Assembly (NCBI RefSeq): GCF_006345805.1
Contig: NC_043016.1
Coordinates: 21,638,001 to 21,702,000 of the forward strand
Direction: 5' to 3'
DNA from: Octopus sinensis
Taxonomy: Eukaryota
DNA length: 64,000 bases
The notes beneath the pieces are model-generated. The model was not told where the DNA came from, made no database searches, and worked only from the letters and a program-made list of their open reading frames with translations. This document shows positions 13,089 to 27,400 of this stretch, piece after piece. Position numbers and translations under genes: made by a program. Positions within the stretch are counted from its first letter, which is position 1. Each line of letters begins with the position of its first letter.

Positions 13089-16000
13089 AGCCCGAAGGTG
13101 AAAAAAGTTGAGGACCACTGTTCCAAAGCATCATACAATTTATCTTTCACCTTGAAAGAGAAAACTTTTGATGCCAGTAAAAGCTCTCTGAACTTTCTCC
13201 AGCCTGTTCTCATTTTTGCTAGATAGATGCACCAGTATAATAGATAGTTTCTGTTACTGAAGTGACTTAATTATTGGTGGAGGAAACTGTTCTGAAAGTA
13301 TAGTTACTAAAAATAAAATTGTCCTATTCTTAAAATAAAATAAAAAAAGTGTTAGTATAAACAGAGATAAAACTCCCCTCACCTTTTTGCACATTTTCAT
13401 TATGAAATATTATTTATTAGTAGATTATGAAATTTACAGGCAAACTGAGTTACTCTCTTTAGAAATAACATTTACTCTTCAGAAACAACTTACCCAAGAA
13501 TACAAGAACACTCTGCTGAAAAAAAACATTTCCAAAACAGCAAAACTCCTGTAGCATGTGCATCAAATTTTAACAGCAAACAAAACAATGTAAATAAATG
13601 ATAAAGGGATTTCAGTTTTCTCCCTTAGATTAGAGAATTCAGAACTTTATGAGCATTTTGATTTAGGTGGATTCACCTAGATTCACAGTGTGCAAGGGTT
13701 AATGCTGTATATAAATTAGATATAGATTAGTTATGCAAACAAATACTGGCTCTACCACTGATGGTTTAAAAAAAAAATTTTATGCACATGTACACTTGCT
13801 GAAAAATTTTAGCAAAAATTTGAGTTGCATGCAAAGGCAGTGATACACACAAAATTGTTCACAAACTTAAATACTTAGAGGTCCTAACATAGTGTTTAAT
13901 TTTACAGTTCAAATGTTAATATTTGCTGGATCATGTTTATACTTGTGCATGAATAGCCCATTCACAATACTTGCTTTTGTTACATGATAATATTCAGAAT
14001 ATATATAGATGAATGTTTCTGAAATTTGGACAATATACAAGAGATTAAAAACAAATACTAATGACACTAATTTGGTGATCCTTAAGTTTTACTATTTATG
14101 TTCTTAGCTCTTTACCTATAGTTTTAGCAAACCTCTCCTAGATAAGCAAAAGTGCTACTTGCAATGGATAAACAATTACTACCAAATGGTCAGCTGTTAA
14201 AGGGCCCACATACTAGCAAAGGCTTTGTTCTTTTTTTGTTAAAGATTGCTTAATTTCTAAAAGACTAACATCATATAGGCACACTTACAACGTAAAAATC
14301 TCAATTTACTCATTTCTAAAGCTACTTTTCCCTTACAAGTATGTATAATGAAGCAGCACTCTACAGTTGAGTGCCTTTGTTGAAACTAACTTGTTTGTTT
14401 CCAAATAAGGTAATTTATTCCATGACTTCAAATGTTGAAGCATGAATATGTGTGACCTTTGTTTATGTGCAACACCAATGTTACAAAGCACTAAACCCAC
14501 GAGAAGTTAGCGCCTTAGGTACATATAATATAGCATCTACATCTCCTATTGCTTTTTCTTTTGGTTCTAATCTTGACATCAGCCTGAGACTTGGTATTTC
14601 AGTATCTCTCTGGCACAAGTCACTACAAATTATTCCATGTGGCTAGTAAGAAGCTTTGACTTTTTGTTAATGTTGCTCAGGCATCAAGGCAGTCCCAGCC
14701 AAATCAGTAGGAATCTGCTGACCCTTTTGTGAAAGCCCTTGATGATGGATATCTGGACCTTATAGACCAACAGTAGACAAAATCCATTTGGGCTTTCCAA
14801 ATCATGAACTTGTCAGGTAGACCTGACTTATCTCCCAAGCTGCATACAAATACTTTTTTCATGTTTTTCACTGGTGTTTCTATGGCGGATTGTATGTGTA
14901 CAATCAACTGTGAAGTTGATTTTGCAGTTACTCTTTATTTCTTTAGCAATATAGATTTGACTTCACCAGCTAGATGTTTGAATAAGCCTAGATAACTAGC
15001 TCAAGACCTTGCTGAGTTTTTTGTTAATGTTTGTTTTGTAGTTTTTAATACAAGGCAGGCATAAAAACATAATTCACTTCACACAAAAAATTTACTTACG
15101 CTGGTACAAATATATGAGTAGAGAAAAAAGAAAGAATAATGGAATAACTCTTAATCTCTTACTGAACATACTTGGCCGGCTTCTTCTCCATCGCCCTGTT
15201 CAGCAGCCTCTTCAGCTGCAGCAGCTTCAGCTTCCTCTCTTTTACGTTTTTCTTCTTCTTCTTGGTCCAGCTCCTTGATGCTCTCCTCCAGAACATTAGG
15301 CCAAAAATCTCCTTCAAAATATGGCATCTCAGTTGCACTTGTAAGGTTGTTTTCTACTGCATCTTTTAAAATGTCCTAAAATGTAAATAACGAAATTTGT
15401 TAAAATTTTTTCAACATTAAAAGTTGTTTTGAAGCAGAAATTAATACAATATCAAATAAATAAAAGACTGATATTCAAAGCAATTACCTTATAATCAATC
15501 ACAACACGCTCTATTATAGCCTTATCCAACATTTTTTTATACCACTCTTGAAGCCGTTTTGGTTTAGGGATCTTTTGTTCCGGAGGATGGCAGTGAAAAA
15601 TGTAATCATCTCCTTCACTAGGGGGACAAGCCCAAATGTGAGCCATTGTGTATCCTAATCGCCTAACATATTCCAAATAAGCAATTAGAATTTCATGATA
15701 AACAGCCGTCCTGAGAGATCTTGGTTGGAAAAAGTGAACGCTATCCAAATATGATATATACACACGTCTGTAGTAAAAATAGAATTTTCACTTTAATAAT
15801 ATCATAGTATCATACAAAATATTGCTAATACTTAATAAAAAAAAGTGTTATATTAATACATTTATAAACTGTACCAATTTTTTTAGGCAAGAAGCTTGAA
15901 CAGAATTAGCATAAATTTAGGCTTAAAAAAACAAACAGTATAATGAACTACTGTGCATAACCTGAAAAGAAACACAAAATTGACAGCACTTTAAAAAGAA

Positions 16001-18202
16001 ATAGCTGAGGGCACGTAAATTATTGAATTTATTAGTCCTTCACCACCAAAATATCTAGTTTTACTTCATCATTTTAAAATCAAAATATCAACATACATCC
16101 AACAAATATAGTTAGCATTCTTGTAGCATGAAATATGTTTGCTCATCTATCTTCCAAATTATTGAGAAACTGAGTTTCCTCCATCACTATCATAGTCTTC
16201 TTTGTGATTCAAAAGCCTTTGACTATACCAATTTTAAGTGCTCCACAGAATGACTAATTGCTATGGAAAATGTAATAAAAGAATAGGAAAACTGTGCCTG
16301 TATGAAATTTGTGTATATTGTGCTACAATATGAAGTGCAGGTATGGCTATGTTGCAAGAAGTTTGCTTCTCAACCACATGGTTCCAGGTTTAGTCCCACT
16401 GCATGGCACCTTGGGCAAATGCCTTAATTTTATCTCTATGCTTACCTGATTTATATGCTACTCATGTTCAAATGATAAAATAATGTGCACAATTTTTATC
16501 TAAAGTCCTACCTTGCAATTCTGTTATTTATCTCAGGTTACTTAATACTCATTTTATAGTGATATTTATAGAAAAATAATATAATTTGTACAGTTCATCA
16601 ATTTTAACTATGTGAAGTAGTAGTTTTGCGACAAAAATATTATAATGAATTTATGAAAGAATCTCTTCTGTTAAGTTGCTTTACATACATTTTTTAAAGA
16701 AGAAAGCTGTTTCACGAAAATTTAATTTCACATTTATTTTGGAATTTGAGGTAGTGTTTAATTAGAAATATAACAACAAAAATGTTAAACCAACACACAA
16801 AAAATTCATACCTTGTGTTTGGCTGATTACAATCTGAGCCGTATTCCTGTACATGCATCCCAAAAAAACACACATCTACATTATCTATTTCTTCAAAAGC
16901 AAACATTGCTTTTGCTCTGTATGGAAAACTATCTGGCATTTCATCTCCAAATCTATAAAAAATGAAAGGAAGTTCAATTAACCCTTTAGCATTTAAGTCT
17001 GCCATATCTGGCCTATCACATGTATTCTTCAAGGAATAAACAATCATATGGAAATTTTGAAGCAATGAAATAATGCATGGTGAATAAGCATTACATTTGA
17101 GAGTAATCTGAATTCTATATTATTTATACAATGTTTAAAACACAAAATAAAAAATAAATTACTGATGGCCACAGCTCATAAGCTGAAACTAGAATCAATC
17201 AATCATGTAGAAGATTAAACTATTACCTACCTGCTTTTCATTCCTTGTTTCACCTCAACTGTTTTATCAGAACTTGACAAAACTCTGATAGTAACTTCTC
17301 CAGCACCAGCATCTTTATTCTTAAGGAAATTATTTACACGATTCTCTAGATATATTCCAAGTTTTGTATTCGGGAGACCTGGATAACAAGGTAAAATAAA
17401 ATTTGACAAGATATCCAAAGAGAGGGGGCGGGATGGCAGATGACAACTTATATTAAATAGAACGTCTAAGTACTGCATTTATTCATATGTATAACCTACT
17501 CATTATAAAATGTATGCTACTAATTACAGGCAATCAAATGTTGAAAAAATATTTATGCAATAACATGTATTAAATTTTCTTTAACTCGTCTGACTGAAAA
17601 CAGCCAAAATAAACTAGTCATATTTAAATGAGAATTTCAGCACTAATCTCGTTAATACCTTCATGAAATCATGTAATTTAACTATGTAAACAATTGAGTT
17701 ACATTGCCTGTCATGATTGTTGTGAGTTTTGGAAGATTTTTTCCTCCATTTTTTTCCCTACTTTGATTTTCTAAAATGTTACACTATAGACAAAAAACGG
17801 ATATCAGTTTCATGTTATCAAGCAGGGAGTTTGAATTCTAAGTATTTTTGAAAGAAGACAGAAAAATCTGCATAAATATAAAGCAAACATACAAACATAA
17901 AACATGAGTGATTATGAATTGGACACTTCTATATCCAGAAGTGAAACAATTCTGACAACAGTTCCAATAGAAAAAAAAAATGCAAAAAACAAAAAAAGAA
18001 GTTTGTACCTGAAAATAGTACGAATTTAAAAACTTGTTAGTTAATTTAGTAAGATATTAGACCTAGACACTTTCCTTTTGAAGTGATTCCTGCAGAAACA
18101 AATTGCTATGCAGAATATAAACAAAAAAAGATAGCTTGAGGTTTCTCACATACTTGGAAGAAAGTAAGAAACTCAAGCATTTTAAAAGATATATATATAT
18201 AT

Positions 18203-18253
<51 letters not shown>

Positions 18254-19504
18254 GTGAGAGACAGAGAGAAAAAGTGTGTGTGTATGTCAGTGAGAATTTT
18301 GGTTTATAAATATTTCTTTTTCAAATTACCTCACTTTCTATTTCTATTTAGCTGTAAGATGACAAATTTTGATTAATTTGTATTATGAATCATTATAATA
18401 TGTGTTTCTGTGTATTTATGCATGAATGTGAGTTTTCATTTAGTTATTACCATGTATTTCATTTTCTAGTATGCTTCAAAGACAACTTCCAGTTTTTGTT
18501 CTGTTTTACTTTTATGGTACACCTGTCTTATGTGCATTAAGTGCACAATTTTTCTATATTAAAATTTATCGTATACTAACTGAATATTAGCTAATAACTT
18601 TCTAATAATTTTCTATGCTGATGTGTAAACAGAATTTAAATAATTTTATATTTTGTTTAATTTACATGTATTTAGATTCACTTTCAGACAAAAATTATGA
18701 AACAGATTTAGTCAAGAACCTTTTGTTAAATTGTATTCCAAAAATCACATTAGTCATCATCATATGTTGATATATAAAAAAAAAGTTACAATAGTTTTAT
18801 GAAACCAGTCTAAATACATGATTATAGTAAAATTTAATTGAAACACATAAGGAATGTATTTTGGTTAGAAATACAGTAACGAAATGGTTAATAAGATATG
18901 CAAAATAATACGATTATAATGACTCACACACACATAGCAGGTTGCTGCCTACCAATTTCCGTCACCAAGCATTGGTCAACCTGTGGCTATAGTATAGAAT
19001 GCCATCCAACCAGCAACCTCTAACCAAGTGGTTCTGAAACAAATTTCTTAAACTCATACACCTTTCCTTTTTCTTCCTTTCATTTAGCTGTCCAACCACA
19101 CCTTCTGCTCATATTCATCATTATAATCCTGAAGCCTTCCTTATACAACTTACCCCCTTTCTGTACCTCTCTCATTAACACTTGATACAAATTTCTTTCC
19201 TCATCCCTTCCCTTTCATACTTTCTTTCCCAACATTGTTTACTTAGTTATCTCTCCAGTACTACCCTGCCAAATTAATAAGTCTGTTCTTTTCATCACCT
19301 AGCCTAAAAATCACCTCCAACCCACTCTTATTCTCTTACATCACAGTCTCATTAACATTGTCAGTTGCAAGGTGCTTGCTAATACTGGTGTCATGACAAA
19401 AAGTACCTAGTACTCTCAATAAAGTAGTTAGTGTTATGAAATAAATTTTTCTAACCTGTTGGACCTTATCAAATAGCTCAATGCAAGCCAGCACGCGCGC
19501 GCAC

Positions 19505-19539
<35 letters not shown>

Positions 19540-21438
19540 AATGCCTATGTGGTTAATGAGTTTGCTTCAAAACTAATTTTGCTTGAGGTTCCACACCATT
19601 ATATGAAACCTTCAACAAGCGCCATTTCCTACAGCTGTTGTCATAAGACAAAATGTTTTAAGGACTGAAACTGTTATTGATACTATAACATCAGATTTAA
19701 TCAATGAGTGTTAAACTTCTGAGTCATTTTGCTGTAAACATATAAACACATAATACCTACTGTTTCCACATTAAGTTCCAATTCAGTTGTTTAACACTTT
19801 AAAATGTAACAGTCATCTATGTAAAGTTATTCTAATCCATAAATCTGATGCATCATAATAATGAATGAATAGATTTAATGTAACTTACAAATCTATACAA
19901 AATGTAACAATATGAAAACACTTGGTTTCCTGTAGCTGGGATTGTTCAGATAATTTTGTTTATATCCTATAGATGTTTTTTTTTTTCTTCTTGCCTCTAC
20001 ACTACCAATGTTCATCTACTTCACTTGATCAGTAGATAAACATTTCTTTTGACAGTTAATTTACCAAAGTTTGGATTGAAATTTGTGAAAGCACTCCTAC
20101 AATAATAAATAGTTATATTTAAAAAAAGAAAATCTATGATAAACTAAGCTGTTTAATATTTGAAACCACTTTGGGAATTGATATTAATTATTTAGAATAT
20201 AAAATTTTATGTAGAATCATGTGCATACACACACGCGCTCGCATAATTATAAAACCACCTATGACATGATCTTAGCATATTTGGAATCCTAGAAAAGTGG
20301 TTTTACAGCTTAAAGAAGACATGGTGTAGGAGTTAACATTAACAATGGTTCTAAAATATCAATGGCAAGCAAGAATCCTGGTTTTAGCTAAAACCTGCAG
20401 GGAAGCTTACTATAAAAAAACAACAAACAATTCAATGTTGCCAAGTTTCCAATTTTGTTATTAGTGAAGGCTGTGTGATTCTGAGTTTAGTCTCAATGCA
20501 GTCATGAAAAAGCATCTTCTGTCATAGTCATGGGTTGACCAAAGTAAGTGAACTTTAGTAGACCATCTATGTGTGTGTCATTGGATAGTTGGTAGATTTT
20601 GTAGTGTGGAAGGCAAAATAAGTTGCTAAATGATTACCATATTTAATCAATTATAATGCAACCTCAGATACTGAATTCAAATATTACACAAGTTGAAGTC
20701 TCAGCACCATTTAAATGGGATAGAATTCTACCATTCTGAGAATAACTTGCAATGCTATATGTTATTTCACGTTACATATTTGTTTTTTTGCTTCTCTTCT
20801 TTGTGTGTGTGCACTAACATGGCTGTTTGTTTCAGTCACAAAGCACTTGACTTGATCCCTCAGTTTGGTATCTCAAGTGTTTTTTTTTTTAATTACTTAC
20901 AGAAACGTGTGTGAAAATCTGTCAGGTGAACTTTTCTGTAAGGCCAAATTTGCTGCACATAATGTCGACATGATAGTAATGATGTCTTATTTGGTGGTTA
21001 ATAACTATATTTCTTATAAATGCTAATATATTAATTAACGATCACTTTAGAAGAGAAATTAAAGACAAAATGTAATTTTGCAAACCTTTCTACTTCATTG
21101 CAAGTTTATATAAAAACCTTGAAATAAAATTGTAATATAAAAATTTGAGACTTTATTCCAGAGGGTATAAAGGATTAAATTTTCACCTGTTAAACAAGCG
21201 AATTAAAAATCTTTTATTCCCAAAATATGAAATTAGTAATGTACAACACTGAACGTTTGTATAAACAGCTAAGAATTTTAATTCATGGCTGAACTACATC
21301 ACTCCCTTTAACCCTGTTGCTACAAACCTACCCAAACTATCCAAGAATTGTTTTGGCACAGGTTAACCAGCTTGCCAGATCCAACAAAGAAAACTTTTAA
21401 ATGAAAAATTACAAATTTCCATGACAATATTGTTCATT

Positions 21439-21476
<38 letters not shown>

Positions 21477-24400
21477 TTATTTATTAGAGAATAAAAATTC
21501 CGGCATCACAGGGGTTCAAATTATTCTCAATGAGGAAATATATATGTTATTTAGAGATAGTAGTCTGGGCCTTGTGACATTAAGCCGAAATTAATACGTA
21601 GTAGGACCATTGTAGTCAACGGTGGTCTGAGCATTTTTTTACGTTAGTCTTAAGTTATTAGGCTCTAATTTTTACTTTGACATTTTTAATTTTTATCATT
21701 CTTATCATTTGTAAATTTTCTTTTTGTATTTTGTCATTCATACTTGTGTATGTCCATTTTTAACTATAGTTTTTATTTGAATATATCTATTTGTCATTGC
21801 TTTCATTATTATATCATCACAAATATATATATATTTTTTATTCCTACATATTATTAATTTTATATGAATGTTTACATTCATAAGTTACGTGAGAATTTAG
21901 TTTTGTAAATTTAAAATTTTTTTTTATATTTTCATTTTTATTAATTTTATTTGATTTGAATTATGGCTTGCACAGTAAGGTCCAGTGAACCTATTTACAC
22001 ATACTTATCTGTTAAAATTAAAATATAGTATTTGGTATCGAACTATGATAAAGTTATTTAGAGGCCTGATAATTGGGGTTACATTTTAAGAAAGGTTCCT
22101 GTAAAACACTGCGTGCTTAAGGAACCGTAAAAGAACCTCAAGAAACACGTGTAGCAGAGAAATGAGTAGTAAGTATTAAATTAAAATTCTTTTATATGGT
22201 GTGATAATGGGGACTACTATCTCTAAATAACATATATATATGATTCAGTTTCCTTTATTTACATGTAAGGTAAGTGACAAATTTTGATTAATTTGTATAG
22301 TGAATCCTTATTATATATGTTTCTGTGTATACATGTATGTATATGAGTTTATTTCATTTAGTTGATGGTATGTGCATTTCATTTTCTAGTTTTCTTCAAA
22401 GATAAATTTCTGTATTTTGCTTTATTTTACCTTTATGGTACACCTGTCTAATATGCATTTAAGTTCAACTGGTATATTTTGTTGAACTTACCTATAATTT
22501 ACTTGTAATTAGATTTGCTTTGGGACAAAAATCATTCAATAAATTTGGTTGGTTAAGAACCTTTAGTTAAATTGTGTTCCCAAAACTACATTAATATGTT
22601 AATTAAAAAAAAAGCCTAAATTCGCTATTATTTTAGAATTTGATTGACACACATAAAGGGTGTATTTTGGTTAGAAACATAATAATGAAAGAATTAAGGC
22701 TCAGGTTTGTAACCCCACCATAATCAATAACTTGTACAAGTATGGACTCTACCAAGCTGGTTTGCCTTTGCTTATACTACACAATCAGAATTCCAATCAG
22801 AAAGAAATATAGAATCAGAAAATTTGTTATTAAACAAAACAGTTTAAATTAATCTTGATAAATTTACAATATGAAATAGATAACCAAATTAGACACCAGT
22901 AAATAGAACTCAACATCATAGATTAATTTTTAAAAAACAAGTGTAAAAAAAATTTTTAACACTGCAATCATTAATTTCTTAATGGCAAATTTTATTTTAA
23001 AATTATATTTTGATATCTAATACTAAGAACTTCCAAAAAATTTCTAACTTATGAAGAAAAGTAAGTGTAACTCACGTTTGCAAGTATATTTGCCTTCCTT
23101 TTTACCCTGTTTACCTTTTGTCTTACAACAGTTATCACAATAAAACCTGGAAAAAAGAAAAAAATTGTTACCGGGCATTAAATATAGAAAAAGAAAACAA
23201 CTCTTTGGAATTGAAAACACAATAGAAGATAAAAATGAAATCTATAGAAAATACCAAAATCAAATAAAAACAACTTCTAAATAATTATGGTAGGTCTGTA
23301 AACTATTAGGACATTCAAATAAATAGTGTATTTTACTGTTTTACACTGCTGGTATAACAGTGAGAAAAACAGTACTGTTAAAAACAACAATGAGTAATGT
23401 ATTTTTGCATTCGATCAAATGCTAAAATACAGCTTTATCAAATACAGATATATATATACTTTTTTTTATTGAAGCTGCAAAATTATCACAGAACTTACCC
23501 AGAGTTTCATGTTCCTGTTTGTCAGACAGTTGTGATGAACAAATGGGAAACACGAAACTCTGAATAACAGTTCTGTGATAATTTTTCAGCTTTAATAAAA
23601 AGTATGATTCAACATTTGGTATTTTAGTACTAATTTTTCCACCTTGTTTTGCACTTATGTGTTCACCTCTCTATGTGTGTGTGGTACAAAAAAACAAAAC
23701 AAAGATGAGGTAAAAAAAAAACCTATACATATATACATACATACATATAAATTGAGGAGATAATTGTAATTCAAGCTAATGTCTCATTAGCACTTCATTT
23801 AGGCACCTGGTTAGTGTGGCATTCAGTTGACTCAGTTAAACACCAATTGATTAGAAAGGGAAGCACTTCACAAAGCTAGGATATAATCCAATAGGCATAA
23901 TATGTGCTTTATAGAGTATATAATAAGAATACCAAACAACAACAAAATTATTTTAAACACAATCGACTTAAATATGCAATACAAGATAAAATGATAACAC
24001 TTCATTATAGATGTGCTGACACCATTCATAAAGACAAGATGTATTTCACGAGTGAACTACTAAGCATTTGAAATGTCAAAAGGATATATGTTAACTGACC
24101 AAGAGAAAGAAACTCTTAATTTTCATGAAAAAGACACTATTATACATCTATATATGAATACATACAAATATGTTCTCACATTCATTTACAAACACATACA
24201 CTATGCTGCCTTCAATGTCACAAATATAATAGTGTAAAACTATATTACATACATTTATACACATAATGAAGATGAAAATAAACAGATTTCAGTGTGCATG
24301 TATTGTACCTATAAGCTTACATGAATAAATGTAATTCTCTCTCTTCATAATCTATCAAGTAGATAATGCTACATATAAACACACAAACATACCTAAGTAC

Positions 24401-27400
24401 TTATATACATATACTTACATATAAATATACATACCTATATGTACAATACACATACAACCAAATAGATATGGACATACACATGTATACATAAAGGCAGTAT
24501 TCTCTTAGTTACCAACACAAGCATTCATATAAACAATAATAAATATAGTTTTAGATAGGAGCTGCAGAATGCAGATTATGAAACAAGCTAACAATGGACT
24601 AAAAGCAATTGATGGCTTATATGCATGCTTTTTATGGCTAATATTAATATATGAGATAGCACTGTCATGGTTCAAATTATTGGGAAAAATTGCAATGTGT
24701 TTGTCAGGAAATGGCTAGGTAGACCTCATATAATGAATAGCTCAGCTCTTTCAAATTGTAAAAAGGAGTCACTGCAATTACTACTGACATCAATCACTTA
24801 AATTTATGAAGTAGGGAAGGCACAAACAGTGATGATACTCAGAGTTGAAGGACAGAGAAATAAGATGTAAATCTACCAGATGTAAAAACAGCCAAGAAGT
24901 GAAAGCAGAATTAGAAATGGATAACATCCTGTTTTCAATTAAACACCATGGTGGATGCCATGTAAATTAATTGGAAGAGATGTGGCTTTGACTCAGATCA
25001 GTAACAGTGTCAGGGCAAGGGAAACAGAAAAGATAGTGTTATTTGATTCAATGCTCTCACGATGGAAGAAGCACGTAATTGAGAGAAAAATAAGTTGGAA
25101 TGAAATATGGAAGTAGAGTACATAATGATTAAGTTTGTTGATTCATTCATCCTATGATGCCTTGTCATTGCCTACAAACTTGGTTAGATAAGATGTATCA
25201 AAGAATGATAAATGCAAATGCAGGCAAGTAGGAACACTGAAACCTATTTTTTTTTCAACTGTTCATTCATGTTGGATAGATATACTTGAAGACACAAACA
25301 AAGACACTGCGAAGAACTAAACTGCACTAATCAACAGTGGCAAGAAACCACTGCAGAACACAGTCAGAGGGGATTCATTATTCTCATGTGCCAAGGACAA
25401 CAGATTCATTTTGAAGAAGCTTCTTGTGAATAATGCAAAATGGAACGCCTGTTGGGAGGTGGCTGCAGATTTACCAGGGTGCCAAGGACTTTTCCCTATT
25501 CCAGTATGAAGAGACCAACTATTATCATATGGTATGAGAAAACGAAAGGAAATCTGATTGAGCTAACTGTTCGTCATGGAGATAACATGGACACAGGTTG
25601 GAAAGCAGAACATTATCCAATGAATTTCCATACAGAAAGCAGTATGAGGCAATGGGTGTTGTTAGCAGGCCTAACTCAACATAAAGCATATGCCATCATG
25701 AGCAATATCCAATTTACACTGGGAAGGCAAAACATTGAATTTGGTTAAAAAGAGACAATGAGCAAAGGCTAGAAGAATAAGGAGTGAAGTTTTGTAACCA
25801 GTTGATTTAACAAGTGGGTGGATGGGGGCTCACCTCAGTGAGGAGGGCCAGAGTGCAATAATGCCATCAAGAAGAAGACTCAAAATGGTATGTATTCATA
25901 CCAGATAACCACATAAACCTGCTAGTATCCAATATACAGAGCTTTCATCTAGAAGTTATTCACAAATAATGCACACAATTATATAACACACATAGTGCTG
26001 GTGCTATGTAAAAAGCACCTAGTATACTTTGTAAAGTGATTAGCATTAGGAAGGACAACGAGCAGTAGAAACCAAGCCAAAACACATCTATGGAACCTGG
26101 TGCACTCCCAGGCCTTCCAGTTCCTGTTAAGCCGTCCAACCCATGCCAGCATGGAAACCAGACCTTATATGTTGACAATGATATGTGTACCCTCACTTGC
26201 ATACTCACATATATCTATGCATGCCCCAAACAACTAACAAGTTCATGCTTCTTGCACAACTCTCTAACTCTTCCATTCTTTTTTCATTGCAGCTCTCTTT
26301 ACCATTTTCTTTCTCTCTAATTCTCAATTCTCAACCTCACAATGGTTATGCTAGCATTGGTTATTTGATTTATAGTCAATTTCCTGTTAGCTATCACCAT
26401 GTAGTGAACACAGTTTTCCTCAGTGGTGTCAGTTGCAGGATGTCCAGACCATGGCCCATCTTTAAGACTCTCCTTTACCCTACTAATTCAACTGCCCGCT
26501 TTTGCACTATTGACAAAGTTGAAGCATCATCCCCTAATGTAGAAACCATGTCAATATTAATGTCTTGCAGCCTTTTTCTGCAGGTACTTGATAATACCAG
26601 TATGCCAAATTTTGTCTATTTTTAAGTGTTTCAGTAATTCTCATTCAGATTACTATACTTTCTGATAACTTTCCTTTACTGCTGATGAGGTTGCCTATAC
26701 AAAATAACTATTCAGAAGCATTTACTTATTCATTTCAATCATTTACATTTTGAAAGTAATCTATATTATGGCTTATTTCCTTTTAACTGAACTACATTCA
26801 CAAATGTTTATGCATGCTTGTACATCATAATGAACACAATACTTAGTGATAAAAAAGAAGAAAATTTGTAAAATACTTTTGATAAGCAAAACATTTCAGC
26901 ATTTTCTCAAAGATATTGTACATAATATGCAATTCTTCAGTGTTAATAAAATGTTAGTCTTCAACTGGTTAAAGTTATTTTATGCATTAAAAAAATTCCA
27001 TTGATAAGAAGATTAAAAACTTACCCATTTGGCCATAGGGTTCAAAATAAAGCACAGATTTGATGAAGTTTCCGTCCACATTCTAAACATTCAACAAACC
27101 TAAAGAACAAAATTGTTTGTATTATTATTTAAGAATGCAGGAGGCTAAGACATTTTAAAATAATTTAGAAAAAAAAAGGTATGAAAATTATTGAATTAGT
27201 TTTGCAAATATAAGTAGTACCAATTAATTGAATTCAAAAATCATACACAAACACACCTACTTTAGACATGGGAGTGCTCTAAAAAGTAAAGCAAGAAACA
27301 AAATGTAAAAGTTTCTAAATATCCCTTTTATAAATAATATGAAAAATTAATGCAGCCAAGTATGGATGTATTAAATTACACAAATAATAATTTCAACTTC

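Noticed and set aside
26682-26710. CTGATGA followed by GG-TTG-CC
   Set aside because: No GAAA or stem III follows, so it is not a supportable hammerhead.
27042-27044. Selenocysteine reading of the exon H TGA
   Set aside because: The aligned position is not a Cys, CBP is not a known selenoprotein, no SECIS was recognised, and indels explain the codon better.
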